Shown piece after piece: positions 11,358 to 19,392 of a stretch of 24,152 nt of DNA. The DNA is taken from positions 1 through 24,152 of the forward strand of contig MTSL01000102.1 of assembly GCA_002794465.1 (NCBI GenBank), in the 5' to 3' direction. The translations under genes and the position numbers were made by a program. The stretch is from Paramicrosporidium saccamoebae KSL3. Its lineage: Eukaryota; Fungi; Cryptomycota. The notes beneath the pieces are model-generated. The model did no database searches. It worked only from the letters and a program-made list of their open reading frames with translations, and was not told the origin of the DNA. Numbering within the stretch: position 1 is the first letter of the stretch; every line of letters starts with the position of its first letter.

Positions 11358-11430
11358 CTATGCCGGGGGTGAATCTATGCGAGGTGCGAGGGTTGTAAAT
11401 TTACTATAAGGGCTGTTCATCTCTGATTAT

Positions 11431-11634
11431 CCATGCGGTGTGAACGTTCGCAATCCCTGTGGTATAAACGTTTACAATCCCCGGGATATAAATGCTCAAA
11501 ATCCATGTGGTATGAACTTTTTCAATCTCGTACACATTCCATGTGGTATGAACATTTTCAATCACACACAAATTCCATGTGGTATGAACGTTTTCAATCA
11601 CACACAAATTCCATGCGGTGTGAACGTTTTCGAT
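11431..11634 (+). repeat. Compound tandem array: 7 copies of a 24-bp core, the last four separated by 12-bp linkers
   Basis: Core ccatgYggtRtgaacgttttcaat at 11431, 11455, 11479, 11503, 11539, 11575 and 11611. Linkers are ctcgtacacatt and cacacacaaatt (x2). Confidence 0.93.
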
Positions 11635-11750
11635 TACAGGCCCTATTACATTCATCAGATTATAGACGAGGCCGGGTGACCATTTGCTAATTAGATGGGC
11701 CTCATCGACCAAAGTTTGATCAACAAGAAAATACAATCATATCATAACTT

Positions 11751-12420
11751 ATGACAGACGTTGTCAGTGTGCATCTCGACTCTATTGGGTCTCTTTCCAA
11801 TAGCTTGCAGGAAGCTCTGACCGTTGCAGGTGAGCAGTTGGAAGAATGCAAAGAGCTTGACCTGATAAACAATGTGCATGAGGCCTTTGGAGCCGCCTTG
11901 ACCGGCGCAGAATTAGCGTCAATGTTCCAGCAGAGCTATAACAGTGTAACCCGGGAGATTCGTGCCGGTGCTCTCGTAAGATTGTAAAAGTTATAACCAT
12001 TAGGAGGAGCGTGTTGCAGAGTTGCAAGCCAATTTGGCAGCTATGAGTGAGGCCACCAGCGTGCGTTGGAGGAAGAGTCAGAAATATCGAGACTTTCGGC
12101 AGCGTCTGTGGGAAGTGAATCATTTCGACCAAGACATGCCACCTGAAGACAATTCTGAGGACGAAGATCTTGTTGTTGCATCTGCCAGGCAAACAACTAC
12201 ATGTCCACTTACTCAGACAACCTTTGACAGACCGGTTGTCAACCCAAGTTGTGGTCACACCTACTCGCGGGAAGCCATCTTAACAATGGCGAGGTCCGCC
12301 ACGTCCGTTCAATGTCCTATTCATGGATGTAACCACACTGTCCATATTACCCGTCTCCATCCCAATGAAGCGATGGAGCGCAGGATTGCTCGAAAGGATC
12401 AGCCTCGAATCTTTGTCTAG
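11751..12420 (+). CDS. NSE2: NSE2/MMS21 SP-RING SUMO E3 ligase of the SMC5/6 complex, 213 aa
   Basis: Exons 11751-11975 and 12004-12420; the 28-nt GTAAGA...TTAG intron restores the frame. SP-RING: EDEDLVV...TTCPLTQTTFDRPVVNPSCGHTYSREAIL...VQCPIHGC. Confidence 0.88.
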
Positions 12421-12622
12421 CGGTAATAAATGATTGCGAGGCTATGGCCTTGGATAGCAATTAATGCATGGTGAACCAACCAGTAATGACACTTGTGTAA
12501 TGAAAACCGTGCCTATCAAGTAGATCATCTTACCGAGTTTCCATCTGTCTAACAATGTACGTGACGCTATGAAAGTGAATAAAAGAGTCTTAGCCTGTCT
12601 CCTATTTGTCCGTGGTAACACC

Positions 12623-13092
12623 ATGTCTAATCTACTGCCAAAGAAAAGGTGTATTGGCTGGCAACGCTAATTTCATACTAGTTGGCATGTATACAACGAG
12701 GACAATCGGGAAAAGGTGAGAAAGGATGAAGAAGAGGCTCAACGTGAAAAGGACGGCGCAGAAACTCGCAAAGCCAGTTCCGTATAGCTTTTGAGGCTTT
12801 TTATCTTGCATAGGAACGCCAAGAGAGGATCAATGCGCTCCGGAAGCGGGCTGGCCTAGAGACAGATGATCAGTTGCCCATTAATAGCCGCGCACATGGC
12901 AAGCCGTCCTCCAACACGAATACCAATTCAGCGCCAAGAGATGCAAAACCTAGCACCAAGTCAACGAAACCATGGTATACAGGAAAACCAACTCAACGCG
13001 AGGATCATGCTGTACGAGAAGAAAAGACTCGTGAAAAAGAGGATCCTATGACAATGTTCAAAAAGAAAAAGACACGACGAGGACCAGAATGA
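12623..13092 (+). CDS. LENG1-like protein with N-terminal Cir_N domain, 134 aa
   Basis: Exons 12623-12648, 12682-12781 and 12814-13092 (introns of 33 and 32 nt). The spliced N-terminus [31 protein letters not shown] matches the recalled LENG1 start [24 protein letters not shown]. The ORF track shows only the last exon. Confidence 0.8.
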
Positions 13093-13187
13093 ATAAATCT
13101 AAAGTTCATGCTAGTGACTGATGAGAGTAATAGCGTCGCGTAGTGGGGGTAAATAGTATGGACTGTCAGGCGGGAAAGGAGGGGGGG

Positions 13188-13270
13188 TTGTTCACTGCTA
13201 ATCCTAGAATAGTATGGATACACATTTCATTGTCCTCAAATACCCAGCAGCTAATCAACCCTCTACGTCA
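13188..13270 (+). repeat. Dispersed intergenic element, copy 2
   Basis: ttgttcactgctaatcctagaatagtatggatacacatttcattgtcctcaaatacccagcagctaatcaaccctctacgtca, about 90% identical to 1762-1843. Confidence 0.9.
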
Positions 13271-13337
13271 TAATAGTGAATACATTAATATGAGAGTAAG
13301 AGTGTATATATCCGCTATTCCAATGTCATGCTAGTGC

Positions 13338-16087
13338 ATGACTCGTCTGTCGACATGGAACGATGCTGATGGCAAGCTTCAAACTATTGTTAGTCTGGTC
13401 GAGAGCAGAGGAACGGCCACCGAGGTGGGATTTGCTTCACTTAATTTACAAACATCTGAATGTATCGTTGGTCAATTTTCAGACACTTTAACATTTGCTG
13501 GGCTTTGTCGACAGCTCGTCATCCTACAGCCAGACACTGTAGGGCTTAGCAATCACGATTGATTCTTTAGATTGTAATGACATCTCCAAGCCATTGTGGG
13601 GTGCAAGATAGCGCAATGTACCAGATATGCAAAGAATGCTTCAAAGAGATTCCCATACAAGTGCTCGCAAAGTTTCGGTTTTACTTGGAGCTCATATCAT
13701 AGAGGCGAGACGAATACTACATCTGGTGAAGCAGTCATCCGAGAGCTTTGCATTAACAGTGATGTTGACCATGTTTTGCAATATGTTTCCAGAAGGTATG
13801 CATGTGGCCAGACAGCGGCTCAATTATCACTAGATTTTATTTACTTGCGGCCGTGTCCTCTCTTTTTTCATTCTTGATGGATAGCTCGATTGACGAATTT
13901 CACAGAAACTCGATAAAGTTTGCGCTCTCCACTTGTGAGGGGTCAATGTTGATAGGCAGGCTCTTTTTTTGGCTAACGATCTAGATTATTTCTCAATGCG
14001 AAATCTCGAGTTGGGTACCTATTAGAACTTTGGTAATGTGTAGTGAGGAGCATTCATTCTAGTGCCAAGCCGGTCCACCTATTCTCAACCCTGAACCATA
14101 CGCGCACAAAAATGGGGTATCGACTATTAAGGATGAACATTCTTCAGCCACTTACCAATCCCCAAAGGATTGCCCATCGTCAAGATGCTGTCAAGGGTAC
14201 ATTAAGAGGTCTTTGGTGTAATGTTTAGAGCTTTCAATGGCTTCCGATTTAATGGAACTAGTCTTTACAAGTAAATTGCGCGACTTGCTATTAACCACAG
14301 GTCTTGGGGAATGTCCAGATCTCGGTAGCATCATTGCAACATTATGCCGACGCTCGCCAAAGCTCAATACAAAAGCCCTTGTCGCGAGACTGCGCACGAT
14401 TCAAAACCTAGACAAAATTGTCCAGTCCTCCTTGGGGCTAAAATGTCTCATTTCCAAGTTGCAATCGCCATTCTTTACAGAAACGTTCCAAGTGGGGTGT
14501 TTCCGGCTTGCTTATTTGTAGTCACTTGAAGAGATGGATTTGCCATCACTGCAGGAGCTTTTTAAAAAGTACATTAACCAAGCAGTCCGTGAGACGAGTT
14601 CCACGTCTGATCACCAACTGTGCTATCTCTTGAATAGTGGTCTTGCAGGAATGCTTGATGTCGCTAGAACAGCCTTGAAAGAAACGACCAATGACATTAT
14701 CGAATATGCCACCGCGCTTTCTAGTAAGCCAGACAACAAGTTCTGAACATTTAGATCATGCTGGGATCGATATGCGGGTGAAATTTACCAATGCTCATAA
14801 ATTTGTCCTAGTCCCGAAGAGCACAAATAAGATTCCCACGTCACTGATCAGCGTTGGAAGTGCAGGATACACTACAGTGGATTTGGTAGGAGCGCGACTC
14901 TGGCGACTCATTTTGCGTTTAGGTAAAGTTGAATGAAAGAATTCGCGAGTCGATGGAAGAGATTATCTTGATATCAGGCCGAGTCATAGAGGAGCTGATC
15001 GACGAAATCATGACCAAGGTTGGGTCGCTATTCAATTTGAACGAAAAACTTGCCGAGTTGGACTTGATTTCTTCATTTTGCGAATACTGTACTCACCACC
15101 CGTGTGTTATTCCCATCTTTGCGGAAGACGTCAGTTTGCAACATGCGTACCATCCGGTGCTGTTATCCACAGGGCAAAATATGGATCCTATGAGTCTGAG
15201 AGCACCGCATGATGAATCGTTTGTCGTCATCACTGGCGCCAACATGGTTCTTTTAAAAACATTCTAACTATTTAGAGCGGCAAATCTACGTTATGCAAGC
15301 AGGTTGCCATGATTCAGATCATGGTAGACACCTTGATGCCAGCCCTGAATTTTAGGCTCAAATTGGATGCCACGTGCCGGCTGATAGGGCACAGCTTCGA
15401 TTGTATGACAGGATCTTTACGCGTCTTGGCAGTGACGATGACCTAGAGTCTAATGCATCCACTTTTACAGTCGAAATGAGAGAGGCATCTTACATTATGA
15501 GCAAAGTCACGGAGAGATCTTTGGTCCTGATTGACGAACTAGGCCGCGGCACCTCTGCTTCGTGTGGATTAGCGCTGACAACGGCCATCTGCGAAGAACT
15601 GATCAAATCAAGGGTATCGAGTAAGACTCCAAGATTACTTTATAGGCAACTATTTTATTTGTGACCCACTTTGACAAGCTTGTGGATTATCTGGTGACCT
15701 TTCCAAATGTCAGACAGATGGCCATTGAGGTTGACAGTGTGAGTGGGAGGCGCGTCACCGAAAACCTAGTAAACTTGCGACATTCGGGACTCGCCCTTCT
15801 TTACGAGCTGTCCTTTCCCGAGACATTTATCGACTTTTGCAAAGAATCTTTACAAAAGCTCGAAAAGGAGGAGAATCCAAGCGTGACAAGTGCGCTAGCC
15901 AAAAAGGCGGCCAAGAGACGGTCTGTTCTAAAAGTGCACTATCTTGTCAGTGATAATTTCCTAGACTGCATTTCTAATTGCCAAGACTGTCCTCGGTGAA
16001 GATGGACAATGTGACGATGAAAAATTACAAGTCTGCAAAGGATTTGTCCACGTCCTTCAAGAACAGTTGGACTCGAATGATAGTTGA
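13338..16087 (+). CDS. MSH4: Meiosis-specific MutS homolog 4 (MutSgamma subunit), ~768 aa
   Basis: Introns at 13539-13570, 13672-13702, 13796-13833, 13956-13984 (GC-AG), 14015-14043, 14197-14228, 14271-14300 (in-frame, less certain), 14492-14521, 14724-14754, 14886-14922, 15247-15275, 15324-15355, 15614-15645 and 15934-15964; together they give a continuous 2307-nt frame. MSH4-type start ESRGTATEVGFASLNL...GQFSDTLTF with no mismatch-binding domain I. Walker A TGANMSGKSTL, RIFTRLG...STFTVEM, Walker B LVLIDELGRGTS, and THF. Confidence 0.93.
13956..13984 (+). other. Non-canonical GC-AG spliceosomal intron (29 nt) in MSH4
   Basis: GCAGGC...GCTAAC...CTAG. Removing it gives GSMLID-YFSMRNLEL, the conserved MutS M-ID...NLEL motif. 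The nearest upstream GT (13948) is in the wrong phase. Confidence 0.8.
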
Positions 16088-16362
16088 TTGGCTTTATAAT
16101 AAAAATGTCCGTTGAGAGGTGCTTTTGTAACATTTTCTTTACAGAATCAAGGCCCCACATACAGTAGACACGGATACTGGTTGATTGACGTTTGATAAAA
16201 ATGTCTGTTGAGAGGTACTTTTGTACCATTCTCTTTACAGAACCAAGGCCTCACATACAGTAGACACGGGCAATAGTTGATTGACTTTTGATAAAAATGT
16301 CCGTTGAGAGGTACTTCTGTAACATTCTCTTTACAGAATCAAGGCCTCACATACAGGTAGAC
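16081..16362 (+). repeat. Tandem array of ~3 x 96-bp units between MSH4 and the kinesin
   Basis: ataaaaatgtcYgttgagaggt recurs at 16099, 16195 and 16291. Units start at about 16081, 16178 and 16274; the third is slightly truncated. Confidence 0.95.
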
Positions 16363-16470
16363 TACTCTGACACGCCAATGACCCGTCTCGTGTCCACGGA
16401 AAGAACACGAAACTTAAGAAAGCGGCCGATGTTGCCGGGGCAACGCGGGCCTTGTATACAACATTCCAAC

Positions 16471-19234
16471 ATGGCAGAGGAAGTTAGCGGCAAGATTAAT
16501 GTCGCTATAAGATTCCGGCCGCTGAGCGAACGCGAAGTTTGTTCTGGAAACGAGAATGCTTGGAATTTACAAGAAAATGACGTCATCCTTGCCTCTACTG
16601 GCCTGTATCGGAATTATTCGAGCTGTCAATTTCACTTTGGTACAGTCGTGACAGTCTAATTATTATAGACACTGTCTTTGGGCCTGAAGTGGTTGACAAT
16701 GAAAAGATTTATGAAAGCAGCATCGAGAATTTGACTGCGGGTGCCTTACAAGGAGTTAACGGCACGGTCTTTGCATATGGTCAAACTTCGGCGGGCAAAA
16801 CCTTTACAATGCTTGGCACCGAGCCCGTTGTTGACTCTGGCCCTGTTAATCCTGGGAATATTAATCTTGTACATGCTAATCCCACACCTAATAATCCTGG
16901 GCTCGTTAATCTTGGGATTGCACACGTTTTTCGACTAGCCCGAGAGGCTTCGCAGCGAGAATATTCAATCCGAGTTTCGTATTTGGAAATTTATAATGAG
17001 ACTATTCGTGATCTTTTGTGTGCTGAAAATGACAATTTACGAATTCACGAATCACTGACACGGGGAGTGTTTGTTGGAAATTTGACAGAAGAGCCCGTCA
17101 CATCTGAGGATGAGGCACTTGCATTTGTTAAAAAGGGCGAAGAATTTCGGCATGTGGGAGAGACTCATATGAACGAGCGTAGCAGTCGGTCCCACACAAT
17201 CTTTCGAATCGTACTCGACTCTTGAGAGTTTTAATTTTAGTCTATTGAGAGTATGGAAAAGTGCTCAAGTTTGGAAAAGTGCTCAAGTCGAGACTCGCAT
17301 GCTGGACCCGTGCTAGCTGCCGCTCTCACATTTGTTGATCTTGCCGGATCGGAAAAGGCGCGCTTGACAGGTGCTGAAGGGCTTCGGTTAAAGGAAGGAG
17401 GCCATATTAACAAGAGTCTTTTAGCATTAACACTGGTAATTTCAAAACTGGCTGAAGGAGGCGATCGGTATGTCCATGTTTGTAGTCTTACCATTTCAGG
17501 ACGCATATTCCCTATCGAGACTCCAAACTGACGAGGATTCTTCAGTCCTCGCTAGGAGGAAATGCCAACACTGCCATCATCTGTGCAGTGACTCCCGCAT
17601 CTGATTTTATTGAAGAGACTTTGAGCACTCTCAAGTTTGCTAGCCGTGCAAAAATTGTCACCAATAAGCCACGCGTGAATGAGTACATTTCAGATCAAGA
17701 GTTGCTGAGAAAGGCCCAGGAAGAAGTCAAGCAGCTCAAGGAAGAGTTGTTTATGCAAGCCTCGGAATACAAGCGGTTTAAAGTGGAACTGTGCGATTCA
17801 AGCAATCAAACCGATCGACTAGATTGCGTGCTGTTGGAGCAGCTGGACAGTCTGCGTTCAGAGCTAACAAATGTGTCAAAATTGTCAAAGTTGCTAATGG
17901 ACAATGATGCCAGCTCCATAGAGGTTTTGAAAAATGGCATCGAGGCTCGACTGGCAGCCTGGAAGAAGGGAGTCTTATTTACCTTTGCCCGTTATGTCAC
18001 AGAAGTTGAGAGCTGTATTGCTGAAAAACGGCCTGAACCGATAGAAGAGTCCAAGATTTGCACTGAATGTGAGAGCATTTCTTCTCAGTTGACAGTCCTT
18101 GAGGAATGTGCCAGGAATGTAGACTCTAAGCTGGAGCGACTGTCACTGGCATTAGAAGCATCCAGGCTCTATGATGATGCGCGGGACAGAATACAAACTT
18201 TAGAGTTGCTGGTTCATCAGAGGGAGGAAGAAGTATCATCGTTGTTGGAAAAGGTTAGGCAGACGCAACACGACGCACAATCCAAGCAGCAAGACTGGGA
18301 AGTTGAGCTTGCACGGCAGAAAGACAAGGCCGAAGATTTAGATGACCAGGTCCAAAGACTGACCGAAGAGCTCGGCACTACCCGAGACAACCAGGCTAGT
18401 GTCACTAATTCACTGAACACGCAACTTGAGGAACTGGTAACGGAGAACGGTATACTTTCAGCGTCTTTGGTTTCTGTGAAAGAACAACTAGAGGCGACTC
18501 TGAAACAAGAGGAATCTGATCGTGCAAGCTTTTTAAAAATCAGTCTAGAGAAAGACGAGCAAGATGAAATTATTACACACAATCAGTGTCGAATTGGTGA
18601 ATTAGAGACTGAGAGAGATCAACTGACTGACGCGATAAAGGCTATGACAGATGCATTGTTCTCGGAAAAAGAGTCAAAGAAGGCGCTGCAAAGCCAACTC
18701 GACAGTGCCGAGAGGGACTCTTTGAAAAGTCAAATCAGCCAGCTAAGTAGTACGGTGGAGGCTATGACAGATAAATTGCTTTTGGAAGGCGAGTCAAAGA
18801 AGGGCCTGCAAAGCCAGAATGACCGATTGAATGAACTTGTAGACCGATTGAGTGAAATTGTAGAAACAATGAAATGCAAACTATCCCAGGAAGAAGAATC
18901 AGCAAAGACATTGCAAGGGCAGCATGACCGATTGAGTGAAATTGTAGAGACTCTGAAATGCAAACTATCCCAAGAGGAGGAATCAGCAAAGGCATTGCAA
19001 GGGCAGAATGGTCGATTGAGTGAAATTGTCGAGACTCTGAAATGTAAATTATCCCAGGAAGAAGAATCGGCAAAGAAGCTACAAAGCCAACTTGATAATA
19101 CCGACAGGGAAACTATTCTTCGTATCGAGCTGGAAAAGCTCCGAGATGTCTCTGCAAAGAAGAGTCGGAGATTTGAGCTGATAATATCAGATCTTGAAGA
19201 GCAAGTGCTGCATTTGAAAAATGCCAGTAAATAA
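16471..19234 (+). CDS. Kinesin-7 (CENP-E-like) N-terminal motor with coiled-coil stalk, ~890 aa
   Basis: Exons 16471-16639, 16669-17210, 17241-17467 and 17500-19234 (introns of 29, 30 and 32 nt). Motifs: [18 protein letters not shown]-loop [53 protein letters not shown]. In-frame ATGs at 16297 and 16378 could extend the N-terminus. Confidence 0.9.
16845..16919 (+). repeat. 5 x 15-bp coding repeat inside the kinesin motor domain
   Basis: gttaatcctgggaat attaatcttgtacat gctaatcccacacct aataatcctgggctc gttaatcttgggatt = [25 protein letters not shown]. Confidence 0.8.
18842..19093 (+). repeat. 3 x 84-bp (28-aa, four-heptad) coding repeat in the kinesin stalk
   Basis: [28 protein letters not shown] / [28 protein letters not shown] / [28 protein letters not shown]. 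Two older, diverged units lie upstream (...[12 protein letters not shown], ...[12 protein letters not shown]). Confidence 0.95.
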
Positions 19235-19392
19235 ATAAAGGTAGGTTTGGAGTCGGGATTTGCAGGTCTTCTTGAGTCGCCTAACCACAAAGAACATTTA
19301 GTTTTAGCATCGCTTGAGAGCTGATCTGATTTACTGTATATAGTAAATTAAAAAAACATCCATCTAAGCCTTCCTCAGGGTCGTGTAGTTGA

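Noticed and set aside
11375-11404. 30-nt GTAAAT...CATAG minus-strand intron upstream of eIF3g
   Set aside because: No upstream ATG joins the eIF3g frame through it. It could be a 5' UTR intron, but this is unsupported without cDNA.
11431-11634. CRISPR-like appearance (24-bp repeats with 12-bp spacers)
   Set aside because: The spacers are too short, near-identical or absent, there are no cas genes, and the context is eukaryotic. It is a compound tandem repeat.
12442-12624. 60-aa minus-strand ORF whose ATG overlaps the LENG1-like ATG (CATG)
   Set aside because: It has no recognisable homology, and CATG overlaps are common by chance.
13116-13145. CTGATGAG resembling a hammerhead ribozyme core
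   Set aside because: There is no stem II or downstream GAAA in the required position.
15939-16229. Minus-strand ORF across the 96-bp array
   Set aside because: It results from a 3n repeat period and overlaps the last MSH4 exon; there is no coding evidence.
19227-19320. Extra kinesin intron (19227-19267) extending the C-terminus by about 20 aa
   Set aside because: At 41 nt it exceeds every other intron here, and AATAAA at the existing stop fits the genome's pattern.
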